The position numbers were made by a program, and so were the translations under genes. The notes under the pieces are model-generated. The model did not search any database. It was not told the origin of the DNA and saw only the letters and a program-made list of their open reading frames with translations. From the NCBI GenBank assembly GCA_036781285.1, contig DAIQBH010000006.1:1-62566 (forward strand): a stretch of 62,566 bases of DNA, in the 5' to 3' direction. Below, one piece after another: positions 37,371 to 47,017 of this stretch. Positions within the stretch are counted from its first letter, which is position 1, and each line of letters begins with the position of its first letter. Source of the DNA: Thermodesulfobacteriota bacterium. Lineage in GTDB: Bacteria > Desulfobacterota > Binatia > UTPRO1.

Positions 37371-37425
37371 CAGGGCCCCCGTCTTCGTGCCGAGGGCCCG
37401 CAGGGAGCACCGAAAGGAAGCTCCA

Positions 37426-39123
37426 ATGCAGAGAAAAACGAGCGGCGCCGAGCTGACGATCCGACTCCTCGAGCGCCAGGGAATCACGACCATCGCGGGC
37501 ATCCCGGGCGGCTGCAATCTGCCGCTCTACGACGCGCTCCGCGCGAGCCGCATCCGCCACGTGCTCGCGCGCCACGAGCAGGGCGCGGGCTTCATCGCGC
37601 AGGGCATGGCGCGCGTCACCGGCGAGCCGGCGGTCTGCTTCGGCACGTCGGGGCCCGGAGCCACCAATCTCCTGACGGCGATCGCCGACGCGAAGCTCGA
37701 CTCGATTCCGCTCGTCGCGATCACGGGCCAAGTCCCGCGCGCGATGATCGGCACCGACGCCTTTCAGGAGATCGACACGTACGGCCTCACGGTGCCGATC
37801 ACGAAGCACAACTTCCTCGTGCGCTCGGCGGCGGAGCTGCTCGACGTCGTCCCCGAGGCGTTCCGGATCGCCGCGTCGGGACGGCCCGGCCCGGTCGCGA
37901 TCGACATCCCGAAGGACGTGCAGAACGAAGCGCTCGCGATCGACGCGCTGCCGGCGCCCGGCCGGCCCGATCCGTCGCCCTGCGCCGCCGCCGCCGACCT
38001 CGCGCGCGCCGCGGCGCTGATCGACGCCGCCGAGCGGCCCGTCTTGCTCGTCGGCGCCGGCGTGATCGCGAGCGGGGCGTGCGACGTGCTCCGGCAGATC
38101 GCCGAGGATGCCGCGATCCCGGTGGCGGCGACGCTGCTCGGGCTCGGCGCCATGCGGCACGACCATCCGCTCTTCCTCGGCATGGTCGGCATGCACGCCG
38201 CGCGCTGCACGAATCTCGTGCTCGAGGAATGCGATCTCCTGATCGGGCTCGGCATCCGCTTCGACGACCGCGCGACGGGGAAGGCCGCGGAGTTCTGCCC
38301 GCGCGCGAAGATCGTCCACGTCGACATCGACCCGAGCGAGCTCGGCAAGATCAAGCGGCCGGAGCTCGGCATCGTGGCCGACGTGGGGTCGGTGCTGCGC
38401 GCGCTGGCGCCGCGCGTCGCGCCGTCGGCGCGCTCCGCATGGATCGAGCGCGTGCGGCGTCTTCGCGCCGCGCATCCGCTCGTGATGCCGGGCGTCCGAG
38501 GCGGGCCTGACCCCCGCGATCCGTACGGCATCATCCTGCACACCGCGGCGCTCCTCCCCGAGGACGCGATCGTCACGACCGACGTCGGCCAGCACCAGAT
38601 GTGGGCGGCGCAGGCCTATCCGTTCACGCGCGCGCGCCAGTGGCTCACCTCGGGCGGCCTCGGCACGATGGGGTTCGGCCTGCCGGCCGCGATCGGCGCT
38701 GCGCTCGCCGCGCCCGACCGCACCGTCGTCTGCTTCAGCGGCGACGGCAGCCTGCTCATGAACGTCCAGGAGCTCGCGACCGCCGCGGAGGCCGGCGTCG
38801 ACGTGAAGGTCGTGCTCCTCAACAACGCCCACCTCGGGCTCGTGCGCCAGCAGCAGGAGCTCTTCTACGGCGGGCGCTATCACGCGTCGCGGTTCCATGC
38901 CGAGCCCGACTTCGCGGCGATCGCGCGTGGGTTCGGGGTCCCGGCGTTCGATCTCGGCTGCGGCGATGATCCGGGCGGGATGCTCGCGCACGCGCTCTCG
39001 GTGCCGGGGCCCTTCCTCGTCAACGTTCCGATCGCCGCCGAAGAGAACGTCTACCCGATGGTGCCGCCCGGCGGCGCGAATCGCGAGATGATCGGAGGAG
39101 AGCTCCATGCCCGCGCGAGCTGA
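37426..39123 (+). CDS. ilvB: Acetohydroxyacid synthase large subunit (AHAS I-like)
   Basis: [58 protein letters not shown]...NN, YPMVPPG. Confidence 0.96.
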   Translation: MQRKTSGAELTIRLLERQGITTIAGIPGGCNLPLYDALRASRIRHVLARHEQGAGFIAQGMARVTGEPAVCFGTSGPGATNLLTAIADAKLDSIPLVAITGQVPRAMIGTDAFQEIDTYGLTVPITKHNFLVRSAAELLDVVPEAFRIAASGRPGPVAIDIPKDVQNEALAIDALPAPGRPDPSPCAAAADLARAAALIDAAERPVLLVGAGVIASGACDVLRQIAEDAAIPVAATLLGLGAMRHDHPLFLGMVGMHAARCTNLVLEECDLLIGLGIRFDDRATGKAAEFCPRAKIVHVDIDPSELGKIKRPELGIVADVGSVLRALAPRVAPSARSAWIERVRRLRAAHPLVMPGVRGGPDPRDPYGIILHTAALLPEDAIVTTDVGQHQMWAAQAYPFTRARQWLTSGGLGTMGFGLPAAIGAALAAPDRTVVCFSGDGSLLMNVQELATAAEAGVDVKVVLLNNAHLGLVRQQQELFYGGRYHASRFHAEPDFAAIARGFGVPAFDLGCGDDPGGMLAHALSVPGPFLVNVPIAAEENVYPMVPPGGANREMIGGELHARAS

Positions 39124-39454
39124 CGTCGTTCTGCGCCTCCGCGTCCGCAACCACCCGGGGGTGATGTCCCACGTCTGCGGCCTCTTCGCGCGCCGCGCCT
39201 TCAACGTCGCGGGAATCATCTGCGTTCCCGTCGCCGATGGCGCCGAGAGCGCGGTGCTTCTTCTCGTTCAGGACGACGATCGCCTCGAGCAGATGATCCG
39301 CCAGCTCGCAAAGCTCGAGGACGTGTGCGCGATCGTCCGGACGGACGAGGCGGCAGCCGCGTTCGCGGCGGCTGCCGTCCTGCTATCGGCCGATCGACTG
39401 TGGCCGCTCTCGGCGGCCGATCAGAGCTCGCAGCGCCGGAAGGGCCCCGCTTGA
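39107..39454 (+). CDS. ilvN: AHAS small subunit, short ACT-only IlvN type
   Basis: [22 protein letters not shown]...[17 protein letters not shown]. Confidence 0.93.
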   Translation: MPARADVVLRLRVRNHPGVMSHVCGLFARRAFNVAGIICVPVADGAESAVLLLVQDDDRLEQMIRQLAKLEDVCAIVRTDEAAAAFAAAAVLLSADRLWPLSAADQSSQRRKGPA

Positions 39455-41451
39455 TCGGTATCCACGCACACGTCGTCGCCCGGCCCACCGTCCATGCCGT
39501 CGAGGCCGTCGTCGCCGCGCAGCAAATCGGTGCCGGCCGCGCCCTTCAGCCGGTCCGCCCCGAGCCCTCCGTGGAGCTCGTCGTCACCCTTGCCGCCGTC
39601 GAGACGATCGTCGTTTTCGCCACCGAGGACGTGGTCGTTGCCGGCGTCGCCGCGGAGGCGGTCCGCGCCGGGACCGCCGACGACGTAATCGTCGTCGGCG
39701 CCGCCGAGCAGCACGTCGTCGCCGGCTTCGCCGCAGATGACGTCGCCGCCGTCGCCGCCCTTGATGCGATCGCGGCCACCGCCGCCGAGGATGACGTCCG
39801 CGCCGGGGGTGCCGGCGATCACGTCGTTGCCGTCGGTGCCCTGGCACGGCTGATTCTTGGCGCCGTTCACCGTGCAGCCGGTGCTCGCGACGGCACCGAT
39901 GCAGGGGTCGAAGGCGCAGAACTCGTTCGTCAGCACGACGGTGGCGAAGTCGGCGAAGACGACGGGCTCGCGTCCGGGCGCGGTCACCTGGTCGGCCGCG
40001 CGCTCCAAGCAAAGGCCGCGCGCGTCGATCATGAGGCTGTCCGGCAGGCCGTCGTCGACGCCGCGGAGCTCTTGCCGCGTACGGGCGAGGACCGTGGTCG
40101 TCACGGTGTTGGTCCCGGCTTGGCCGTCGAGCGCGAGCACCTCGACGTCGGTCGCCTGGAGCGTATACGCCCCGATGTTGCGCGCGACGGTGAAGCCCGT
40201 CCCGGCGGGCGCGATCGCGAAGATCTCGTCGAGCCCGCTTCCCAGGAAGTCGACGGTGTCGGTGCCGAGTCCGCCGTCGATCGTGTCGTTGCCGTCGCCG
40301 GGAAACCAGATGAACGTGTCGTCGGCGTCGCCGCCGATGATGGTGTCGCCGCCGATCCCGCCGCGCACCGTCGCCGGCGCGTCGAGACCGGTCAGGTCGG
40401 CGGCGTCATCGCCGTCCGCCAGCCGGACATCGAAGAGCGCGACGGTCGGGGCCGGGCAGGCGGCCGTCGTCGCATCGACGCGCGTGCATCCGGCCGCGAA
40501 GGCTTCGGGCGAGGGGCTCAGGACCGGCTCGCCGGCGTCGTGGAGCAGGTAGACGTCGTCGTCGCGCGTGACCTCGAGTGCGTTCACCGCGAGCGGCGAG
40601 GCGACGTAGGTCAGGGTGGCGCCGACGACGTCGATGGTGCCGCCGCAGACGACGTTGGTTCCGCCGATGCCCTCGAATCCGGCGTACTGCACCGGCTCGT
40701 AGCCGACGACCTGGAGCTCGCTGCCGCGGACGAAGTAGCAATCACCCGCCGCGTCGAGCGTCAGGAGATCGGCGACTGCGTCGGTCCCGGCGTCCGCGAT
40801 CTCCTGGCGTGTCGCCGCGAGCGGTTGCGTGGAGACCACGTCGGCGCCGCCGAGCGTGGCGAGCCGCAGGGTCTCGATCCTGTGGGCGTTCAGCGTGACG
40901 GCCGCGACGTTGCGGTGAAGCGCGAAGCCGGCGCCGTCGCGCACGATCACGTAGCTCTCCGCGGCGTTGGAGCCGTTGAACTGGACGACGTCCTCGCCCG
41001 GTCCGCCGTCGACGGTGTCGTTGTCGTCGCCAGGGCTCCAGACGATCGTGTCGGCCGCGTTGCCGCCGATCACCGTGTCGTTGCCGTCGCCGCCGGTCAC
41101 GACCGCGGGGTGCGCGATACCGGTCAGCACGATCCGGTCGTCGCCTAGCCGCGTCACGATCGAGAACGACGTGATCGCCGCGGCGGGACACGTGACGGTG
41201 TCGGCGTCGAGCGGGGCGCAACCGGCGGCGAGCGCGGCCGTGCCGAGCGTGATCGTCTCGGCCGGATCGTCGATCGCGTACGTGCCCGCGGCGAGTGTGA
41301 TGGTCACCCGGTTCGCCGCGCTCGGGCTCGGGGCCGCGAAGTAGCCGAGCACGCCGGCCGTCAGCTCGAGATCCGCGGCAACCGCCGGCGTCGCGAGCGC
41401 GAGTGAAGCGGCCAGCGCGGCCGCGAGCTTGGTGGTCAGGTGGTGCTTCAC
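39421..41451 (-). CDS. Secreted Ca2+-binding (hemolysin-type GGxGxD repeat) protein
   Basis: GTG start after GAGGAG; signal peptide; two ~235-aa duplicated modules; C-terminal GGxGxD nonapeptides. Confidence 0.87.
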   Translation of the reverse strand: MKHHLTTKLAAALAASLALATPAVAADLELTAGVLGYFAAPSPSAANRVTITLAAGTYAIDDPAETITLGTAALAAGCAPLDADTVTCPAAAITSFSIVTRLGDDRIVLTGIAHPAVVTGGDGNDTVIGGNAADTIVWSPGDDNDTVDGGPGEDVVQFNGSNAAESYVIVRDGAGFALHRNVAAVTLNAHRIETLRLATLGGADVVSTQPLAATRQEIADAGTDAVADLLTLDAAGDCYFVRGSELQVVGYEPVQYAGFEGIGGTNVVCGGTIDVVGATLTYVASPLAVNALEVTRDDDVYLLHDAGEPVLSPSPEAFAAGCTRVDATTAACPAPTVALFDVRLADGDDAADLTGLDAPATVRGGIGGDTIIGGDADDTFIWFPGDGNDTIDGGLGTDTVDFLGSGLDEIFAIAPAGTGFTVARNIGAYTLQATDVEVLALDGQAGTNTVTTTVLARTRQELRGVDDGLPDSLMIDARGLCLERAADQVTAPGREPVVFADFATVVLTNEFCAFDPCIGAVASTGCTVNGAKNQPCQGTDGNDVIAGTPGADVILGGGGRDRIKGGDGGDVICGEAGDDVLLGGADDDYVVGGPGADRLRGDAGNDHVLGGENDDRLDGGKGDDELHGGLGADRLKGAAGTDLLRGDDGLDGMDGGPGDDVCVDTDQAGPFRRCEL

Positions 41452-41462
41452 GTCTCGTCTCC

Positions 41463-41924
41463 TCACCAGCCGTGGTAGGCCGGATGTCCTGGGGTCACGG
41501 CGACGAAGATGCCGTGACACGTGGCGCAGATCTTTCCGTTGGCCGAGAGCGTGCCCGCGATCGTGGCGCGGCCGCTTTCGACCGAGAGCACCCACGCTTC
41601 GAGCGCGAGGTCGGCGTCCATCGGCGTCGGGTGCTTGAGCTCGATCGCGTAGCTCGCGGTCACGGTGCAGGGCGGCTTCGGGGCGTGGCGCGACCGCATG
41701 AGCGCCCATGCCCCGGTCCAGTTGCAGTGACAGTCGAGCAGGCTGCCGATGATCCCGCCGTTCAGCACGCCGGGAAACGCGTTGTGGAACGCCTCCGGGC
41801 GGAAGGACGCGACGACCTTGTCGCCACGTACGAAGCTCCGCATCCGGAGGCCCTTCTCGTTGGCAGGTCCGCAGCCGAAGCAGATGCCGTTCGGCGCGAA
41901 CTCGTCTTGCAGCGCGTGCTCCAT
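41463..41924 (-). CDS. PaaI-type hotdog thioesterase
   Basis: CFGCGPANEKGL, GVLNGGIIGSLLD, VTASYAIELKHPTP. Confidence 0.88.
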   Translation of the reverse strand: MEHALQDEFAPNGICFGCGPANEKGLRMRSFVRGDKVVASFRPEAFHNAFPGVLNGGIIGSLLDCHCNWTGAWALMRSRHAPKPPCTVTASYAIELKHPTPMDADLALEAWVLSVESGRATIAGTLSANGKICATCHGIFVAVTPGHPAYHGW

Positions 41925-41931
41925 GGCGCGT

Positions 41932-42537
41932 CTACTTCCGGCGCCCGCGCGCCTTGTAGAAGACGTAGTCGGTCTCGTACGGCACGAGCGCGCGCTCGCC
42001 GAGCTGCGCGGCCGTGCTGCACCCCGTCGTTGGTGCTGTGCCGCCGACCGTGGCGACGCGCTGGATGAAGGTCGTGTCGGTGAGGCGCCGGCCGTCGACG
42101 CCGCGGGTGCGGCCGACGATCTCGAGCTTCAGCCACGGGATCGCGCCGGCCTCGACGTAGACGGGGTCCGACGTCTCCGCGACCGGATTCGCCCAGACGG
42201 CGCTCGTGTCGCGCGAATGCTGCCAGGTCGGACGCGCCTTGCCGTCCTCGTCGGGATTCGGGCTCAGGAAATGCGTCGTGACCTGGTGGCCGTGGTCGTC
42301 GAAGAGCGTCGCCTGCGGCCCGTACGGCTTCCAGGCGAAGCCGTCGCCCTTCGGCGCGCACACGTAGTTCTGCGTGCCGATCGCGTGCGCGACGAGATAC
42401 GGACGGTGGTCCGACGGGACGACGAGGTCGGTCGGCACGACGGGCGGGTCGATGTCCGCGTGCGCGGGTCGGGGGAGTGCCACGAGACAGGCGGCGCCGA
42501 GGGCGACGAGGCTCGTGCTCCAGGAGTGTTTCTGCAT
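41932..42537 (-). CDS. Secreted DUF3455-like protein
   Basis: Signal peptide, GTQNYVC, AIPWLKL, IQRVATVGG.AP, VPYETDYVFY. Confidence 0.82.
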   Translation of the reverse strand: MQKHSWSTSLVALGAACLVALPRPAHADIDPPVVPTDLVVPSDHRPYLVAHAIGTQNYVCAPKGDGFAWKPYGPQATLFDDHGHQVTTHFLSPNPDEDGKARPTWQHSRDTSAVWANPVAETSDPVYVEAGAIPWLKLEIVGRTRGVDGRRLTDTTFIQRVATVGGTAPTTGCSTAAQLGERALVPYETDYVFYKARGRRK

Positions 42538-42590
42538 GGCGGTGAACCTTCCTTTCGTGAACGGTCGTGGAATGGAGGGAAGCCCGGCCG

Positions 42591-43673
42591 TTACGGCCGG
42601 GCCTCCAGGACGAGGTTGAACGGCGTCTGGGTCGCGCGCCGGATGCGGGTGAACCCGCCCTGCTCGAGCACCGAGCGGAGGCGTCCTTCCCCGGCCTGCG
42701 CGCCGAGTGCCGTGCCGACTTCCTGCGCGAGCGACGCCGGCGTGCAGACGAGCGTCGAAACCGAGTAGAACAGCCGGCCGACGGGATGGAGGTCGTCCTC
42801 GACGCGGTCACCGGCCATCGGCTCGACGAGGAGCCACGTGCCGTCCGGTGCCAACGCCTCGCGCACGTGGCGCGCGGCGCCGACCGGATCGCCCATGTCG
42901 TGGAGACAGTCGAAGAACGCGACGACGTCCCAGCCTTCGGCGGGGAACGACTTCGCCGAGGCGACCTCGAACCGCACGCGATCCCCGAGGCCGGCCGCCT
43001 CGGCGCGCTCGCGCGCCTTCAGGATCGACTCTTCGTGGTAGTCGAACCCGACGAAGGTCGAGCGCGGGAACGCCTGGGCCAGGATGATCGTGGACGCGCC
43101 GAGGCCGCAGCCGACGTCGGCGACGCGCGCGCCGCGCTCGAGCTTCTGCTGCACGCCGTCCAGCGCCGGAATCCACTCCGAGACGAGGTGCGCGTTGTAG
43201 CCGGGGCGGAAGAAGCGCTCGACGCCGACGAAGAGCTCGGGGTCGTGCTCGTGCCAGCCGACGCCGCAGCCGCTCGTGAAGCCTTGGGCCACTTTGTGGT
43301 TGGCCCGCATCGCCGCGGTCATGCCCTGGAACGCGCCGAGCACGCAGGCCGGGCTGTCCTCGTCGGTGAGGCACGCGGCGTGCGCCGCCGGCAGCGTGTA
43401 GCGCTCGTTCGCGTAGGTCACATAGCCGGCCGCCGCCTGCGCGTTCAGCCACTCGCGCACGTAGCGCTCGGTCGTGCCGGTACGCTCCGCGAGCTCGCCG
43501 GACGTCGCCGGCCCTTCGGTGAGCGCCCGGTAGAGGCCGAGCTTGTCGCCGATCACGACGAGCGACGCGGTGAGCGCCGCTCCGACGTCGCCGAGCGCCT
43601 TGTGAACGAAGGCCTCGACGTCTTGCGGCGCCGGGTCGAGCCCGACGCTTGCTGCCGCAGTGGAAGATTGCAT
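42591..43673 (-). CDS. Class I SAM methyltransferase with an N-terminal winged helix (Rv2258c-like)
   Basis: GDKLGLYRAL, ERYVREWL, VADVGCGLG, FDCLHDMGDP, GAQAGE. Confidence 0.9.
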   Translation of the reverse strand: MQSSTAAASVGLDPAPQDVEAFVHKALGDVGAALTASLVVIGDKLGLYRALTEGPATSGELAERTGTTERYVREWLNAQAAAGYVTYANERYTLPAAHAACLTDEDSPACVLGAFQGMTAAMRANHKVAQGFTSGCGVGWHEHDPELFVGVERFFRPGYNAHLVSEWIPALDGVQQKLERGARVADVGCGLGASTIILAQAFPRSTFVGFDYHEESILKARERAEAAGLGDRVRFEVASAKSFPAEGWDVVAFFDCLHDMGDPVGAARHVREALAPDGTWLLVEPMAGDRVEDDLHPVGRLFYSVSTLVCTPASLAQEVGTALGAQAGEGRLRSVLEQGGFTRIRRATQTPFNLVLEARP

Positions 43674-43764
43674 TCTGGTGTCCTCCCTTTCGCCCTGATC
43701 GGGCTACTTTCGAGGTAGCGGTCGGCTACCCGGGAGGACGGTCGCGCGCTCGCGGCGCGCTGGC

Positions 43765-46722
43765 TTACAGCGTCGCCAGAACCCCGCGTGCTTCCTGGAG
43801 ATCCGGACCGTCACCACCGACGGGGAAGGCCGCGACCACCGCTCGGAGGCGGGCGCCGCTCGCCGCGTCGGGACGGAGCCGTGCGAGCGCCGTCGCGGCC
43901 CGGAGCTCGAACCCGAGGGCGCCCTGGATGCGGGCCCGGTCGAGCGCCGCGTGCAGCAACGCCTCGGCGGCGCGCCGCGCGCGAGCCTTCGCCTTCGCGG
44001 GTCCGCCGTCCTCCGCGAGCACGAGGGCGGCGCCGATGCGGTCGATCTCGGGCTCGTGGTAGCGCTCACCGCTCGTCGCGACGAGCGACTTGCAGCGGTC
44101 GAGCACGTCGCGCGCCTCGCCGAGCCGGCCGGCGCGCAGCTGCGCCTCGGCGAAGAGCGCGTCGTAGGCGGTGCGCCCGAGGCTCCCGCGCACGCGGTTC
44201 CAGAGGTCGATGCCGCGCCGCCATTCCGGCAGACCCTCGTCGTCGCGGCCGAGCTCGACGAGCGCCCACCCGCGCAGCTCGAGCGCGTTCGGCATCCAGA
44301 ACGGCAGCTCGTTGGTCGCGCAGTACGCCAGCGCCGCTTCGGCGCCGCGGAGGCACTCGGCCGGCTCGCGTCGCAGGAGGCGGACCCAGGCCGCGAAGAT
44401 CATCGCCTGCGCGACGCTCATGGGATGCCGGAGCGCGAGCGCGTGGTCGAGCGACTCCGTCGCGAGGGCGAGCGCACGCTCGGCGTCGCCCGTCGCCCAC
44501 GTCACGAGGGCGCGATAGCCGAGCGCCGCCATCTTCGGGTCCTGTCCGTACACGAGCGCGGCGCGCCGATCCTCGGGCTCGTACAGCGGCTCGCCGGCGT
44601 CGAGATGGCGGAGGGCCGCGGCCAGCTCGCCGCGGAAGAAATGCGTCGTCCAGAGGCCGTGATGCGACTCGAGCCGCAGCAGCCGATCACCACTCGCGTA
44701 GGCGATCTCGCGGTTCCGCTCCGCGAGGTCGAGCGCGGTGTCGAGCTCCCCGCCGACGCCGTAATAGATCCAGATGCCCCAGAGGATCGGGAAGGGGGGC
44801 GGACCTTCGGCCGCGCGCTGCGAGAGCTCGAGCGCGCGCGTGTACGCGTGGCCGACCTCCGGCGCGGCGTAGCCGCGCGTCGACATGCGGATCGCGCCGA
44901 CCATGCTCTGGAGCGTGAGCTCCTCGCGATCGCGCTCCGGCGTTTCCGGCAGCGTCGCGAGCATGGCGAGGCCCTTCTCGAGGTGCGCCTCCGCCTCCGC
45001 GAACGCGTGGCGCGCCGCCGCGACCTGCGCGGCGCCCCGCCGATACCCGATCGCCTTGGCCGGGTCGCCGCCTTCCTCGAAGTGGACCGCGAGCTCCGCG
45101 GCGAGCTGGGCGGCCGCCGCGCCGTACGCGTGCTCGAGGGTGCGGCCGATGCGCGCGTGGACGGCGCTCCGCCGGCGCGCCGGCACGGACGCCGCCATCG
45201 CCTCGCGGTAGAGCGGATGGCGAAACGCGAACGAGCCGGCGACGGTGCCGTCGGGCCACGCCGCCGTTCCGGTCGCGCGCAGGAAGGGGCCCGTGGTCGC
45301 CAAGCGCGCGAGGCGCTCCTCGGCGCCGGCCGGGTCGCGATCCGCGCCGGCGGCGGCCGCGGCCGCCGAGAACTCGACGCCGACGAGGCTCGCCGCCTCC
45401 AGGAGGTCGTGATCGTCCGCGTCGAGCCGCTCGAGCCGTTGCTCGATCAGGTGCCGCAAGCTCTCGGGCACGGCCGCCAGCTCGCCGCGGATCTCCTTGC
45501 CGACGTGCCATTGCCGGTCGCGCTCGACGATCGCCCCGCGCGCGACCAAGTGGTCGACGAGCGTCACGAGGAAGAGCGGGTTGCCGTCGCTGCGCTTGCG
45601 GACGAGCCGGGCGACCTCGGCGGTGAAGCGGCTCCCCGTGAAGCGCCGCTCCAGGTACTCCGCCACCGCCTCGACGTCGAGGTCGTCGAGCGTCACCTCG
45701 GCCGCGCGCCGGCTCGCGACGAGGCGTTGCGCGACCGCGCGGAGCGGGTGGCGCTGCAACACGAGCTCCGTCGGCCGGTAGGTGGCGATCAGGAGGAGGC
45801 GGGCGGGGTCGCGCCGGCCCGCGACGAGCGCCAGGAGATCGATCGTCGAAGGGTCGCCCCAGTGCAGGTCGTCCATGACGACGATCAGCGGAATCTCGAC
45901 GGCGACCGCCTCGCAGAGCTCCGCCATCTCGCGGAGCATCCGCTCGCGCGCCGTGCCGAGCAGATCGCGGCCGAGCCGGTCGCGGTCGTCCTCGTCGATG
46001 AACCAGGGAAGTTGCGCGAGCCACGTCGGCGCGAACCGGCGGAGCAGCGGCTTCATCCCCGGCCACGCGCGCGTCAGCCGGCCGAGCGCTTCCAGGACCG
46101 CCATGTAGGCTTCCGACGATCCGAACTGCTCGAGGCACTGGCTGCCGGTGATCGCGATCGGATGCCGCGCCGCCGCGCGCGCGACGAAGTGCTCGACGAG
46201 CGCCGTCTTGCCGGCGCCCGCCTCACCGGTGACGAACACGACCTGGCGCTCCCCGCCGAGCGCACGCGCGAGCGCGGCGTCGAGCGTCGCGAGCTCGTCC
46301 GCGCGCCCGACGATGCCGACGGCGTCGTCCGCCGCCGGCGCGCGCCCCGGCGGCCAGACGACCAGCGTGCTCCCGCCCGCCTCCGCGCCGGCCCGCGCCG
46401 CGGCCTCGGCGGTGCCGGAGACCGCCCCCACGAAGCGATAGCCGCGGCGGTGCACCGTCGCGATGAAACGCGGCGCCGTCGCGGAGTCGCCGAGGGCCTT
46501 CCGGAGCTCGGCGATGCTGACCTTCAGCACGCCGTCGGCGACGTGGGCGTCGCGCCAGACGGCGTCGAGGATCTCGTCCTTGGCGACCAGCGAGCCGGGA
46601 CGCTCGAGCAGGACGCCCAGGACGTCGAAAGCCTTGGGATTCAAGGGGATGGGGTTCCCGGCGTCGTCCTCGAGCCGTTGGTTGGCACGGTCGAACCGGA
46701 AGCGGTCGAAGCGGAGGGACAT
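43765..46722 (-). CDS. OmpR-type wHTH plus STAND AAA ATPase plus TPR-like repeats
   Basis: LNPKAFDVL..LVAKDEILDAVW..ISELRKAL-like..TVHRRGYRF; Walker A GEAGAGKT; Walker B VVMDDLHW; GNPLF. Confidence 0.92.
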   Translation of the reverse strand: MSLRFDRFRFDRANQRLEDDAGNPIPLNPKAFDVLGVLLERPGSLVAKDEILDAVWRDAHVADGVLKVSIAELRKALGDSATAPRFIATVHRRGYRFVGAVSGTAEAAARAGAEAGGSTLVVWPPGRAPAADDAVGIVGRADELATLDAALARALGGERQVVFVTGEAGAGKTALVEHFVARAAARHPIAITGSQCLEQFGSSEAYMAVLEALGRLTRAWPGMKPLLRRFAPTWLAQLPWFIDEDDRDRLGRDLLGTARERMLREMAELCEAVAVEIPLIVVMDDLHWGDPSTIDLLALVAGRRDPARLLLIATYRPTELVLQRHPLRAVAQRLVASRRAAEVTLDDLDVEAVAEYLERRFTGSRFTAEVARLVRKRSDGNPLFLVTLVDHLVARGAIVERDRQWHVGKEIRGELAAVPESLRHLIEQRLERLDADDHDLLEAASLVGVEFSAAAAAAGADRDPAGAEERLARLATTGPFLRATGTAAWPDGTVAGSFAFRHPLYREAMAASVPARRRSAVHARIGRTLEHAYGAAAAQLAAELAVHFEEGGDPAKAIGYRRGAAQVAAARHAFAEAEAHLEKGLAMLATLPETPERDREELTLQSMVGAIRMSTRGYAAPEVGHAYTRALELSQRAAEGPPPFPILWGIWIYYGVGGELDTALDLAERNREIAYASGDRLLRLESHHGLWTTHFFRGELAAALRHLDAGEPLYEPEDRRAALVYGQDPKMAALGYRALVTWATGDAERALALATESLDHALALRHPMSVAQAMIFAAWVRLLRREPAECLRGAEAALAYCATNELPFWMPNALELRGWALVELGRDDEGLPEWRRGIDLWNRVRGSLGRTAYDALFAEAQLRAGRLGEARDVLDRCKSLVATSGERYHEPEIDRIGAALVLAEDGGPAKAKARARRAAEALLHAALDRARIQGALGFELRAATALARLRPDAASGARLRAVVAAFPVGGDGPDLQEARGVLATL

Positions 46723-46810
46723 CGGTCGCGAGGCTTTCTATCCCGAATTTAACTGCTCTCTAACCCTTCTCGAAGGACTTGGCGGGGCGCCTCACGCATC
46801 CTCCGCGGCC

Positions 46811-47017
46811 ATGAGCACACATGCCGCGAAGCGCGCGACCGAGCGCGCGTTCGTCATCCAGTTCGATCCCGTCGCGGGGCGCCGCGGGCGCCTCCGCGGG
46901 CGGGTCGAGATGGTGGCCTCGGGCGAGGCCATCCGCTTCGGCTCGATCAAGCAGCTGACGACGTTCCTGGTCGACGTCCTACGCCGGCCGGTGGCCACCG
47001 AGGAGACCTTGTCATGA
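46811..47017 (+). CDS. 68-aa hypothetical protein coupled to the downstream STAND gene
   Basis: MSTHAAKRATERAFVIQFDPVAGRRGRLRGRVEMVASGEAIRFGSIKQLTTFLVDVL. Its stop overlaps the next start (ATGA). It supplies the GAGGAG RBS. Confidence 0.7.
   Translation: MSTHAAKRATERAFVIQFDPVAGRRGRLRGRVEMVASGEAIRFGSIKQLTTFLVDVLRRPVATEETLS

Noticed and set aside
39421-41451. RTX toxin / type I secretion system
   Set aside because: It has an N-terminal signal peptide, no toxin domain and no T1SS ABC/MFP genes nearby.
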